DNA of 64,000 nt. It comes from Schmidtea polychroa. Taxonomy: Eukaryota. The position numbers and the translations under genes were made by a program. Numbering within the stretch: position 1 is the first letter of the stretch; every line of letters starts with the position of its first letter. The notes below the pieces were generated by a model, which saw nothing but the letters and a program-made list of their open reading frames with translations, was not told the origin of the DNA and made no database searches. The stretch lies in the NCBI GenBank assembly GCA_044892525.1, contig CM097885.1:27406001-27470000 (forward strand), written 5' to 3'. Below, in pieces: positions 51,758-64,000 of this stretch.

Positions 51758-52590
51758 CAATTTAACATTTTTAACAATTATAGGGTTGTGTAAATCAACT
51801 GAAGTAGAAAACGAGAACATACACTCAGTAGAATACATGGCTGAAGATATTTTAATCAACATTTCACCGTATAAGATTAAAGTATATATTATATACTATA
51901 TAACTTAAATAAATCACCAATAAGAGACTTGTATCTGGAAACTAGGGACAATACACCCAAACTTATGAAAAAAATTGAAAATAGATCGACTAATGAATTT
52001 GAAAGAGGAGATAATGTTGAGTTCAGAAGTCTACAACCCAACACTAATTACACACTTTGTGCACAATGGAATACATTAGTTGACACATCACAGATAAGGT
52101 GCAAAAAAATAAAAACTATTAAAATAAACAGACTTAGAATAAAAAAACCAATAGGGAAAAAGTAGCAACAACCAGAAAAACAACTACTGTAAATTCAATA
52201 TCCACACATCCTATATCACAGACGATAACGAATAGGAAAACGACATTTAAAGCGGTTAGACAAATGTATAAAAAATTAACAATGAAAAATCTAAGACAGT
52301 CTGATAGGAAACTGATAAAATTACCTACAGGAAAACCGATAATTATAAATAACTGGAACGAATTACAAGTCTTTAAAAAGAAAGCAAGTAAACCACAATG
52401 GCCTTTTTATGTAATAGCCACAAGTGTAATATCATTCGCGATTTTAGCAATTGTCACTAGTGTACAAGTTTATAAAAAGTACAAGTGGAAAAGGCAGCGG
52501 TATCGGCACCGACTGGTCAAAGAAGCACCAGGGCATTTTCACTTGGACAAATATATCCCTGGACAATATACTCTGTCCACACTGGTATAA
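51730..52590 (+). pseudogene. Decayed type-I membrane protein with FN3-like segment downstream of integrase
   Basis: Signal-like MLAFLTI(I)GLCKS broken by a local duplication; VEFRSLQPNTNYTLC (FN3 L.P.T.Y motif); TM WPFYVIATSVISFAILAIVTSV followed by basic KKYKWKR. Confidence 0.5.
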
Positions 52591-52924
52591 TAACTTAAAA
52601 AATTTTAATTATGTAAATTGGTCGATGATATATGATAAAAGTATATATATTAATATTTATATAACTGCGTATAAGGTTAAACCTCAAATGCGCAACAAGC
52701 ATAAATATTCATTGTTTGTTTTTAGAATAATAATAAGAAGCCTATTCAGCCAATCAAATCAATTCAATCAAATCAATCCTCCTATAAATCAGAATCAAAT
52801 CAATCAATCGCCTCAAATTAGTCAGATCAATCTTCAAGTAAAGCAAAGTCAAATCAGACGATCAAACCAACCCCATCAAATAAATAATCACCCATACCAA
52901 ATCAATCTTCATACAATCGAATCA

Positions 52925-54823
52925 ATGTACCCACATACGTCAGTCCACATGCATTCTCAAAGAACAAAACCTCAGCGAAATCCTGAAACTCAGAAAATAA
53001 AGCAATATGTGCCGATGTTACAGAAACACTACCACGGTTTCTATAAAAATCTGCAAAATAAGATCAGCACAGATGGCACTCCCATTACTATTAGAAGCTT
53101 CCCCAACCAAGTATGCATTCCCAACGATATGAAAGTCGAGATAGAAGAAAGGGAATTGCATCTCATCAAATTTAACGAAGCAAGAAGAGTCAAATTAAGA
53201 GAATTAATCGGGACATATGACAGATTCCCCAATGCAGAGGAAGCTGCAAAAACTGGAAAGAAAGTACCCCATAGAATTTTATTTCACATTACAAAAACAG
53301 AGGTAGCAATATGCCAACATAGAATACCAATAATCACCACGAGCAATTGCACCATAACAATAAAAACTATAAAAAATGATCGGAGTGTCCCAAACGACTA
53401 CAATGAATTGATAGTCCAAATGAACAGCCTACCCTGTGTCATAGCGATTGAAGTATTATACATACCCACTATCCCAAATCCATTTCAGCAGTTGGAACTA
53501 ATCAAGTCAAACATCTATATGCATGGAGATTTCATCAGAAAAAAGATGTCATTTACCCACAGAGAATTATCCACGGCGGAGAGACATCATCTAATAATGT
53601 TTGTAGATGCAAAATTAGTATGCGACATCAACAATAATTTAAGGCCAGTGGAGGTCAGCATACGGAATTTTAAAGGTGTAACAATATTTGATGAGAAAAT
53701 TACACCGAGAACGAAAATCCTACATTATTACCCAGAGAAGACAAAGGCCAACAAAGAAAATATCGTCGGAAATAAAGACGAATACGAAGCACTAGTCGAA
53801 ATCCAACAATTACTTTGCGGAAAAATAGTCGTAGGATTCGACATCATCGGGAAACTCAAAGCTCTCACATTAGATCTGTATAATGTTATGGGAGTTAGAG
53901 AAATGTCGGAAGATGTATTTATGTGCTCGTATGTCAAAAACGTTGCGCCACACAAGATAAAATTGTCCAACCTGGCATACCAGGTAATCAGGCACCATAA
54001 AAAATGGGACAAGGATAAGCGCATAAATAGAATGTTGCGGGAACCAGAACCATTTCCAGCATGGCAAACCACAATGATCGTCAAAGTGATATACACAATC
54101 GTAGAAAATCAATGGGAAGAGGTTGTTAAATGGGATTCAGAAGCCTTCAGTGGACAACAAATGAAAGATCAATTATATCCCATCAAAGAAAGTGGTATGG
54201 AGGATATGTCTGATGATGATGACGACATCTATATAGAACCATCGCAGATCGAAATTAAATTTAACAAAGATGGGACACGAAGAACTTTCGAAGATGAATT
54301 AATAGAAAGTGATGACGACGTAATATTCATCGAAGAAAAGAGAGTACCAAAATTCGATACAACAGTCAAACTGGAACCACAGGAATCAAAATTCCATCCA
54401 GGAAAACTAATGGAATGCGATCTCGACTCTGATGAGGAATACTTCTCAATCGACGAGCAAGAAGAGAAAAATATGGAAGTAGACGAATTGGGACCAGAAC
54501 CGGATATCACAATCGAAGAGGAACCCAATTTCATTATACCCAAGGAGAAGGAGCAAATTACAGAGAAGGAATTAACCCGACATTTTGGAAGGCGTATAAA
54601 TCTCGCATTGGCAAAAGGCTTCAACAAAGCGAGAATGCTGATAAAAGATAATGAAATCGAGCTAGTACGTAGCATAAGAGATAATGCGGACATTATCTTA
54701 ACGGCCCAGGGAGGAATGTTAGATGATGAGGGTAGGCCCATCACTACATTTACCCTAAATAAGTATTATAAGACTGGGCCCAAAAAATATAGAATCAATG
54801 TGTGCGCTGAAGAGCGTAGGTAA
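52925..54823 (+). CDS. Accessory ORF with a REX4/ISG20-like DEDD exonuclease domain and acidic tail; ends inside the 3' LTR
   Basis: MFVDAKLV..VEVSIRNFKGVTIFDEKITP..ILHY..EIQQLLCGKIVVGFDI..LKAL follows the REX4/ISG20 pattern; several catalytic acids appear substituted. Start codon uncertain. Confidence 0.65.
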   Translation: MYPHTSVHMHSQRTKPQRNPETQKIKQYVPMLQKHYHGFYKNLQNKISTDGTPITIRSFPNQVCIPNDMKVEIEERELHLIKFNEARRVKLRELIGTYDRFPNAEEAAKTGKKVPHRILFHITKTEVAICQHRIPIITTSNCTITIKTIKNDRSVPNDYNELIVQMNSLPCVIAIEVLYIPTIPNPFQQLELIKSNIYMHGDFIRKKMSFTHRELSTAERHHLIMFVDAKLVCDINNNLRPVEVSIRNFKGVTIFDEKITPRTKILHYYPEKTKANKENIVGNKDEYEALVEIQQLLCGKIVVGFDIIGKLKALTLDLYNVMGVREMSEDVFMCSYVKNVAPHKIKLSNLAYQVIRHHKKWDKDKRINRMLREPEPFPAWQTTMIVKVIYTIVENQWEEVVKWDSEAFSGQQMKDQLYPIKESGMEDMSDDDDDIYIEPSQIEIKFNKDGTRRTFEDELIESDDDVIFIEEKRVPKFDTTVKLEPQESKFHPGKLMECDLDSDEEYFSIDEQEEKNMEVDELGPEPDITIEEEPNFIIPKEKEQITEKELTRHFGRRINLALAKGFNKARMLIKDNEIELVRSIRDNADIILTAQGGMLDDEGRPITTFTLNKYYKTGPKKYRINVCAEERR

Positions 54824-56565
54824 ATTAAATAGCCCAATTCTTCAACAATCCAATGCATCAAATAGCAACCAACAATTCAATCCCTCAATTAGATTCATCA
54901 AATGATGACAATAACTTCTGTGTGATGAATTAATATGGACCTATTCATTTTTCATTCTGTATATAAAATTTTAGTGTATCTTATTGACATTATTCTATGT
55001 GCCCTATTTATTTCATTGTGTGACATTCTATGTATTTCTAACTTTATTTATTTCTATTTCTATTTTTATTTGTGATTGTATTGGTAAACACAAAAAATAA
55101 ATATATATATAAAGGGTAATTAATATTTATAGATAATAATAATAATTATTATAACAATAATAATAATGGCAATAGTAATAGTAATGTTAATGATGATAAT
55201 AGTAGTGATAATTAATTAATTAATATGAAATAAAAATATTTGGAATTTAATCAATCTAACGAGACTGAAAGAATTTAAAAGAGTGAAATTTAATTCTGAC
55301 GAGACTGAATAAAATTTAATATAATTAATTTATATGAACCAAAATTCACTATATAAACGACTCACAAAGTCAGTGCAGTCGCCCAAAAATCTAGCGAAGA
55401 ATTTTTCTTTATTCAAGGGTTAATCCTGCGGATAAATTAATAACTGAATCAGTACAGAAAGATTCACAGAATATAAAAACTTACTAAGACATACACGCAC
55501 ACATAACAATTAACAGATACATAATTCTTACACGCATTTCAGTGAAAGAAATCGATCAATAATTGTCAATCTATTTAGAATCGAAATTTGTAGAAATTTG
55601 GTAATTTTTGATTTCAATAAACATTTATATACACTTATTTGCTTTGTTATATATATAAGAACCAGTAGGTTGAGTGTTCCCGAATATCGAGACCTCAACA
55701 ATAGTAATAGTAATAATAGTAATATTAATAAAAATAGTAATCATAATAATAAAATGACTTTGTATTTACATAACCTTTGTTAAATTATTTTATTGTTTAA
55801 ATAGATGTATGTTTTATTGATTTGTTTAATAATACCCTTGTGAGTTGTTGAGCGTGAGCAGTACCCTTTTGAGCATTACCCATAGGGGGATAAAATATTT
55901 TGTCGGATAAACTCGGAGTATATATAATAATAACCCCTGTGTTTAAAAGACCTTTATTTTCCAATAATAATATCTCTTGTCGGGAACTCTCGAATTTCAA
56001 ATAAAAAAAAAGAACTTTATATTAAAAAATTTGACCTTGGAAAGAATTTTAAAAATTTCCCCTAGGGGGGGGGGGGGGTGGGGTATGTGATCCAGCGGAC
56101 CCCTATCCATCTACTTATTACCCTTTAATTTTTTCATTTTCTTTTGGATTATTGGATGTAAGAGTGATTAAAGTCGTACAGATTATCTGCGCCTCTGATC
56201 AGTCCTACATTCAACCATGTTATAAAATATACTACAGCAACATGCAGACACGTATTATCTTTATTATAAATCTTTTTTTGTTCGGTCATCGGATGTCGTC
56301 CTCTTCATGGTTCTGCCATGGAGTTGTGTCGATATAACCCCTCCGCTATGGCTCCAACTATTTATTATAGGTCGACAGCGTTATGTTTCGAATCAACACA
56401 ACAATAGGGCTTGTCGTAGCGGTCACAGTGGGGCCTGGTAAGCAAGCATTCTTCCCGACTTTGAGTGCAGTACAATTAAAATCAACAGTAAAAATTTTGT
56501 ATATTACTTTACACTAGGACTTTAATTGAGTAGACCTCAGACCTAAATTGATCACAGCTCTACAA

Positions 56566-59388
56566 TAGGGTGGAGTGAAAATGACCGAAAAAAAATTTTT
56601 TGACTTAGTAGACTTTGGATAGTTATAAAAACTTGCTATGAGGTCCAATGAAGTACTCTGTAAAGAAAAACAATAATTTAAATAATGTCTTGAGGTTCCA
56701 CAACCAACTTTAAAATGTAACCATTGATAAGAAAACGATAATGTATTTGCTATTATTGACATATTATTGAAGTCATTGATGGCATTTAAATAATATTTTC
56801 ATTACTTTTAATAGCAAAATATTTGCCACCCATACACTATGGATTTTAAATGCCTCTGGTTTTCCTTTTTAGAGTTGCAATGGCTGTAACCAGAAAGAAA
56901 GTGTCTTGTGTCATCTTTGGTGGTCCATCCGAGATGCCCGACAATCAACTACCGACTTATGCAGATGTTATGAAATTCTACAACCTGACAAAGCAGAGAC
57001 TGAAATGCGAATTGAACAATAAAGATCCTTCACATCGCAACGTGGCAGAAACAGTGTCAATGAAAGTAGAACAAATATGGGACAAAGCTTCCATACCACA
57101 TGTAAGCCACCGCCGTGTTCATGAAATTTTGAACGTGTACCACAAGACGTTCATGAAATTGCTGAAGCCGTATAAATCTAGGAAGGACTCAGAACCATAC
57201 AGAGAGAAAATATCGCAGTTTAAAGATGAATCGATTAAACTCTTTGACATTTGCTCCTGCAAGTGCTCTTGTATGTCTCAGTGTCACTGTGAGAAGTCAA
57301 GAAAGATACCCACAATTGAACGTGACTTTCTAGAAGATCAGCGGGGTTCACGCTGTATGATCATAGCTGGAGTTGATGAGTTTGAATCCAGTATATTACA
57401 AAAGCGGTATATCCGTAAAGAGTCGACACAGAGGCAGATGTGTACCAAATCTGCCATTGATGACATCGGTGATAAACAGTCGGATGTCTGTGACGAGATT
57501 TCTGGAATGGAAGAGGAAATGGATACCGGCGATGATGACTCTGATGACGATTGTATAAGCCAAATTAAACAACAACGAAAATTGAATGACAAGCAGATGA
57601 GAGTTAAGCTACCGTCGTTGGCTTTAGCGTGTGATCGACATGGCGTATCCGACAGGGCGGCAGCAGGAATCGCCAGTGCTGTTCTTCAAGATGTTTGAAT
57701 AATCCACGAACATGATGTTTCTAAAGTGATTGACAGAAGTAAAGTGCGTCGAGAACGTTGTAATAAGCGTGGCGCATTATGTGCCGAAGTCAGTAACACA
57801 ATCACTGGGTTATATTTTGACGGCAGAAAAGACAATACAATGACCCAAATTAAAGAATGCGATGGTAAATTTCATCGGAAAATAATAACTGAAGAACATA
57901 TATCGATTATAGCCGAACCAGGAGCTACATATTTCGGTCACATTACACCAACTGCAGGGTCAAGCAAAGTTATCACGGCTGAGTTGATTGCATATTTGAA
58001 TAAAAGAAATGTTGACACGAGTGGCATAAAAGCAATAGGTTGTGATGGGACAGCCACTAATACGGGCATTCGAGGAGGCATCATTCGATTACTTGAAGTG
58101 ACGTTACACAGACCGCTACAGTGGTTCGTATGTCAGTTGCATGCAAACGAATTACCGTTAAGACATTTGTTTCAGTATCTCGATGGACCTACCAATGGTC
58201 CAAAAGGATTTTCTGGTCCCATTGGAAAGTCATTGTTGAATTGTGAGAAGCTTCCCATCGTTGACTACATGCCGATAAACTGTGTTCTACCGTCAAGTGC
58301 AAATTCCGACGATTTAAGTACAGATCAGAAATACCTGTTCGATTTGTGTACTGCTGTAAGTGTTGGTATTTGTCCTGTCGACCATTCACTTCGCAATCCT
58401 GGTCTTATCAACCATTCGAGATGGTTAACCACGGCTAATCGCATACTACGTCTGTATGTTGCCACAAGAAGCCCGTCGGATGAACTAAAGACGCTTGCTA
58501 CCTTCATCGTAACAGTTTATGCACCTGCATGGTTTGAAATAAAGAATACCCCTTCGTGTAAAGACGGCGCTCGACATGTCCACAGTACGATACTGAAATC
58601 ACGCTACCTCACAGACGAGCTGAAGAAAGTTGTTGACCCGGTAATTCAACGCAACGCATTCTTTAGTCATCCAGAAAATCTGTTGCTAGCGATGCTTACC
58701 GATGAAAGATCAGATATACGCGAGTTAGCTCTGCGACGCATACTGAAATCCAGAAAGCAGAAACGTACGACTTCAGTTAGATCTTTCTGCGTGTCAGTAA
58801 TCAACTTTGAAGCTACTAGCTACATAGACATGATCGATTGGCAGAAAACTCCGATCACAGAGCCTCCAATCGTAGTGGACATTGACGAAGATACTTTGTT
58901 AACCATGATCCGGGAAGAAGAAACGCCAAGACTGGATTTCGCCCGCTATCCTTGTCACACCCAGGCAGTAGAGAGACATATCAAGCTAGTGACAGAAGCA
59001 TCCGAAATGGTGTGTGGTCCAGAAAAACGCGACGGATTCATTAGAGCACGCTTGGAATCGAGATTGAAAATGCCAAAACTGGACACCAAAGCCCAACATC
59101 ATTTGTAGTTATAAAAACATGTTAGACAGTTTGCATGTGGTTTCCCTTCACAGATATGGTTCTTATTACTTGTAATGTTATGTACAGACTGTTAAAAAGT
59201 TAAACCATAACATAAATATGTTACTTATAAAAAAATGTTTTTTTTAAAGATTATTGCTTTTTTATCGAAATATGCCTATACTTTAGGTCAATTGTGGAAC
59301 CTCAAGATATTACTAATTGCATGTGTTACCAAGTTTTTATAGCTATCCAAACAAGATATTAAGAAAAAAAAATTTTCACTCCACCCTA
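56566..59388 (+). mobile_element. hAT (hATm-type) DNA transposon
   Basis: TIR TAGGGTGGAGTGAAAA / TTTTCACTCCACCCTA; 8-bp TSD CTCTACAA at 56558-56565 and 59389-59396. Confidence 0.95.
56880..59108 (+). pseudogene. hATm transposase with a single nonsense codon (57696-57698)
   Basis: YFDGRKD, GCDGTATNTG, CQLHANELPLRHL, SRWLT, PCHTQAVER; both ORFs are in the same frame. Confidence 0.9.
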
Positions 59389-59829
59389 CTCTACAATTCA
59401 CAATCAATGTAGACGGTTAAATCGCATTAAGAATCAACTTTACCAATACGTTTGTCGAACTTAGATGTTTAAATAATAAATTTTCTAGTAAAGATTTTCT
59501 TAAGGTGATTGAATTACCCGTAATAATGTTTGACATGCGTATCGATAGAGTTCGTTTACAAAAATTATAGATTTAATAAAATATAAACCATAAAGAGTAA
59601 TTTTATATTATATTCAAAAATATAACTTATCTTCTTATTATCTTTAAAGTATGAATTTCCCCTATTTTATCTCTATACTATTCGTAAATTATCAAAGATA
59701 AATCTATATTATGACCCAAAACCTGATGTATTCAATTGCCAGTTACAACTTAGAATTTATTACTATAGCTTATGGACCAATTTTCCTCAAACATGAATTA
59801 CAAATGGGAATCGTATATAAAAATACCAA

Positions 59830-61300
59830 TGATTTTATCGATAAATTATAAATCATAACTTGAATTTATATATTAAGTATACATTAAAAGTCTTCATAGA
59901 TTGTAAAGCATAAATTAGCTAAGTCATAAATTATAACTTGAAATTATATATTAAGTATAAATTAACAGTTTTTATAAATTGTAAAGTATAAAGTGGCTAA
60001 GTTATAAATTATAACTCGAAATTATATATTGAGTATAAATTAAAAGTCTTCATAAATTGCAAAGTATAAATTAGCTAAATTATAAATTATAACTTGAAAT
60101 TATATGTAAAGTACAAATTAAAGTTTACTTTAATCATAAACTATAAAATATAAATTAGATAGATGATAATTAGAAATTATATATAAAATATAAATTGGGA
60201 GTCCACTTTAGTCATAAACTACAAAGCACCGAGTAGATAACCTATAAACTATGAATTTAACTTAGCTTCACGAAAATTATGAATTATAAACTTAAAAATA
60301 TACCTTATAAAATTGCATCAACTTAAAAGTATAAATTATAAAATCATATTAGCTTTAGAAATATAAATTTAACTTCGTAAAAATATAAATTATAAGTTTA
60401 TATCACTTAAATTTTGTCCTACAATTACCAGTAAAAACATAAATCATGAGTTCATATTCCTCCTACATCATAAAAATTATAAGTTTGTATCATTATAAAT
60501 TGTACCTCAAAATTATTAGTAAAAGTATGAATTACAGGTTATACTCTCCCGAAATCTCAAACGGTGTCTTGAACTTAACTATGAAAATATAAATTATCAG
60601 CTTATGTTATAGGTGCATTATAAAGTCTACCTTATAATTATTAGTAAAACCATAAATTATAATTTGCATTCTCCCTGAATCATAAACTGTATGTAACATT
60701 TTCACAGAGAACTATAAATCGCAAATTTATAATATTTGTAAATTATAACTTACATCTTAGAATTATCAGTAGGAAAATAAATTATGAAATTACAATTATT
60801 AGTAAAAATATACATTCGAAGTTCATATTCGTTCTAAATTATAAACAAGGTCTTAAATTATAAGTTGTATTATTGGAGATTTATAAATCGTATCATTATC
60901 AGTAACAATATAAGATATAAATTTATACTACTCATAAATTATAAAATATCTTTTAGAATTCCCTATGAAAATATAAATAATGAGTCTAAATTACTCATAA
61001 ATCGTAAATTATACCCGAGAACTATGGATAATAGGTGAATACTACTCATAAATTGTAAATCTTAATCTCTGAATTGCCCTTAAAAATGAGTTATAAATTA
61101 TGATACTCATATCGTGAAAAAAGTGAATTACAAATATAACATCGTAACATATAATTTTAGTTATAAGGCAGAATGAAAACGAACTATAATTTCCAAAAAA
61201 TATAAATTGTAACTTAATTATACACATAAATGGCAACGGAGAAAATATATATTGTGAGTTAATTGGATAGGTATAACTTACAACCTTAGAAAGTATAAAC
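59830..61300. repeat. Degenerate AT-rich tandem repeat (ATAAATTATAA-based, ~78-bp period at the start)
   Basis: Repeated TAAATTATAACTTGAAATTATATATTAAGTATAAATT units that decay rightwards. Confidence 0.65.
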
Positions 61301-61817
61301 CTTAAATCGCCAACCAAGAGTACCATTAAGATAATAAGAAAGTAAAAGCAATAGGTGTAATTAGCCATCATTGGAAGCAGTAGGAAATCCAAATTACAAG
61401 GTTATGTTTTGCGAAATTTTATATCGAATTAAACGTTAAAATCCTGTAGGAAACGCAAAATATCATTGATGTTCAGTTATAAAAATATAACCTATAAGAC
61501 TACCAATTATAAGTCATTGCTAAACCTTCAGTATAGTTATAAAAATGAATCCTACAAAGTTCTATTGTCAGTATCCTCACTATCCTCCTCACAATTATAA
61601 ACGTTATCGTTATTAATTTTAGCTCTTCTACTCAATCTAACTTCCTCCTAACCGTCACGATGTCAGCTTTAGTGGGACTTGAAAATGGATCACGAACTAT
61701 TTTTCAGGATTATTAGTATGCATGGACTCCGTCATCCACTATTACAAAATTCCCAATTATATAACATACAATTAATAAATAGATTGCCAAATTTCCATAA
61801 AATGAGATACCGTAAAG

Positions 61818-62293
61818 CAGATATGTCAAACTTGCGGCCCGCGGGCCACATGCGGCCCATTTGATATATCAGTACAAAAAAACAGAACAAAACTTAAAAA
61901 TAAAATTTTCTATGTAATCACTTCTTATAACTATTACATTTAGTTTTTATCGCCCATTAAACAAAAAATTAAGGAAACGAACCCCAAAAATCTAGTTAGG
62001 GTGCGAAAATAAATTCTGGTTTGTCATACTATACCGAGGTACGTTGGTTATCCTGCTCCAAGGTTCTCAAACAATTTTGGGATTTGAAAGACGAAATATG
62101 TCAGTTTTTAACATCAAAAAAACAAGGCATCACCTTGTTTTCTGATACAGTATGGTGGCAAGATTTATCTTTTATGGTTGATATAACGAAACACTTATCC
62201 GATTTAAATTTGAAACTGCAAGGAAAGGATCAAATCATTACAAACATGTGTGACCAGGTTAATGTATTCAAATGTTACCACATTTTCTTCAAA

Positions 62294-62379
<86 letters not shown>

Positions 62380-62527
62380 TTATTATTATTATTAATAAAA
62401 AATGTTTTTTAGTTTTGTTGAGTTTTTAATTAAATAAATATTAACGTCGGTGTGTCAGACTCCACATGTTCTGAAAAACAATTATTTATGTTGCGGCCCG
62501 CAGGCCAGTTTGAGTTTGAAACCCCTG
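61818..62527 (+). mobile_element. Internally deleted hAT (Buster/SPIN/GTF2IRD2-like) element
   Basis: Ends CAGATATGTCAAAC..GCGGCCCGCGGGCC and ..GTTTGAAACCCCTG; 8-bp TSD CCGTAAAG; fragment YYTEVRWLS..DITKHLSDLNLKLQGK. Confidence 0.9.
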
Positions 62528-62559
62528 CCGTAAAGGAAATACTGACAAGAATTGGATTC

Positions 62560-64000
62560 ATCGTAGTGACGATTAATAAAAACCTTTTCGTAAATAACGA
62601 GGAGGCAGGTTGCAAGTATGACAAATATGCATACGGGAGCTTGACTAGAAAAGCATATATCTGAAAACTGAAAAAGGATTGTTATATATACAGTTATGAC
62701 GTCTTCAACTTCTAAATTCATAAAATCAATAAAACAATAATAAATGCAGTTAAACTATATTTTCCAAAAACACGCTAAAAACCATATTATTAAAACAAAA
62801 CAACTTTCCATAACTCTCCCCTTCTTTAAGGAACTGCCCATCTCTTAAGCAATTCAATTAATCTGAGTTTCTTTGTCGTCCCGTCACTCAATTCCACCTG
62901 GTGTTCTGACAAAAACTTTGATATGACAAAAGGACCTCCATACTGTAGTCCATTTTTGTCGCGATTTTGTGGTTCTTTCCGAACTAATACTTCCTCCCCC
63001 ACCGCGAAACATCGATTCGTTCTCTTCTCTGTTTCCATCCCTTTCATTCGTTTAGCTGCTTTCTCAATGTTCTCTCTTACCAATCTATGTATCTCAACTG
63101 TATCCAATGTCGTCTGAGGCAATGTTGAATGAAGGTTAATCTTCCTCCCAAAAACAATTTCAAATGGAGAAAATCCCGTCGCGCTCTGTTGTGTCACGTT
63201 GATACAAAATTCTACTCGAGGAAGTAACTCCGCCCAATTTCGCTCTCCTAGTCCACCTGCTAATGATGTTGCCAGCAAGTCTCTGACTGTCCGTATTTTT
63301 CTCTCAACTAAACCGTTAGATTGATGCTAATATGGTGAACTGAACTGTTGCGTAATACCCAGTCTTCCTAGATTTGTTTTCATAAAACCACTATCGAAGT
63401 TCTTCCCTCTGTCTGACAGACAATTTCGCGGTTTTCCGAACCGCTATATCCACTTCTCCAATATGGCTTTGAAAATCGATCTCTCGTCTTGTCTCTCCAG
63501 TGCGGTCAGACTGACCATTTTGCTAAAACGATCAATGATAACTAGCATATACTTGTACACTCCACCATTCTTCATGTGCGCTATATCAATGACCAACTGC
63601 TCTAAAAATTCTGAACTTATTATCGGCAACAATCGTTCCTTTGTCTTCTCCTGCACTATTTTCCTTCTGCAGCATATCTCACATACTCTCAAACAGTTTT
63701 GTATAGTTTCTTGCATGTTTGGCCAAAGAAATATGTTGCTCATATAGCTAATTAACTTCTTTACTCCAATGTGACACATTTCAGTATGTATTCCTTTAAC
63801 TAACGTATTTGAGTAGTCTATCGGCACCAGGATGACATCTTCTCTAATAATAAAAACCCATCTTCTAATTTTATGTTGTTATGCAAATTGAAAGGAAATT
63901 TCTTTTTATTCAAGTCATTTTTTCCTCTTCTCCCTGTAACACTCTTGTCATGTGAATGAAATCTACATCATCTTGTTGCTTTTCTAAGAGTTTTGTCATC
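62560..64000 (-). mobile_element. 3' part of Ty3/gypsy element 3 (integrase pseudogene, PPT and probable 3' LTR)
   Basis: HTEMCHIG..CEIC, IDIAH..IIDRFSK, FSPFEIVFG, YGGPF; purine tract AAGAAGGGGAGAG at ~62814-62826; LTR end approximate. Confidence 0.85.

Larger units (their letters stand above)
42189..55700 (+). mobile_element. Env-bearing Ty3/gypsy LTR retrotransposon 2 (13.5 kb)
   Basis: LTRs 42189-43216 and 54717-55700 (the 5' LTR has an extra ~43-bp tandem unit). TSD ATAG at 42185-42188 and 55701-55704. PBS TGGTGCCGCGAACCGGGA; PPT AGGGAGGAA. Confidence 0.96.

Overview
Very AT-rich eukaryotic (invertebrate-like; planarian is only a guess) DNA that is almost entirely nested mobile elements, with one recognisable host exon (SLC5 Na+/solute symporter, 19112-19216). 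(1) 1-16589: right part of a decayed Polinton/Maverick (adenain protease, major and minor capsid, integrase-chromodomain, packaging ATPase, core-like proteins). It also carries a TBP-like gene, a spliced Bcl-2-family gene and many short GT-AG introns. Its capsid gene is split by (2) a 5.5-kb non-autonomous Polinton-type element (1985-7527, TSD AGTATA) carrying an IAP-type RING gene. (3) 24664-56115: a Polinton-type element (TSD TATTAC) whose two arms are ~4.5-kb inverted copies that each contain the same broken protein-primed DNA polymerase B. Inside it sit (4) a 5-kb Ty3/gypsy element (33000-37981, TSD TTCAC) and (5) a 13.5-kb Ty3/gypsy element (42189-55700, TSD ATAG). Element 5 has an unusual single-frame Gag - chuvirus/gB-like glycoprotein - PR-RT-RH-IN layout, followed by an FN3-like membrane protein and a REX4/ISG20-like exonuclease ORF; it is the best candidate for a novel system here. 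Downstream are a hATm transposon (56566-59388), a short Buster/SPIN-type hAT derivative (61818-62527) and the 3' end of a third gypsy element. All family calls come from motif recognition by eye, not database searches.
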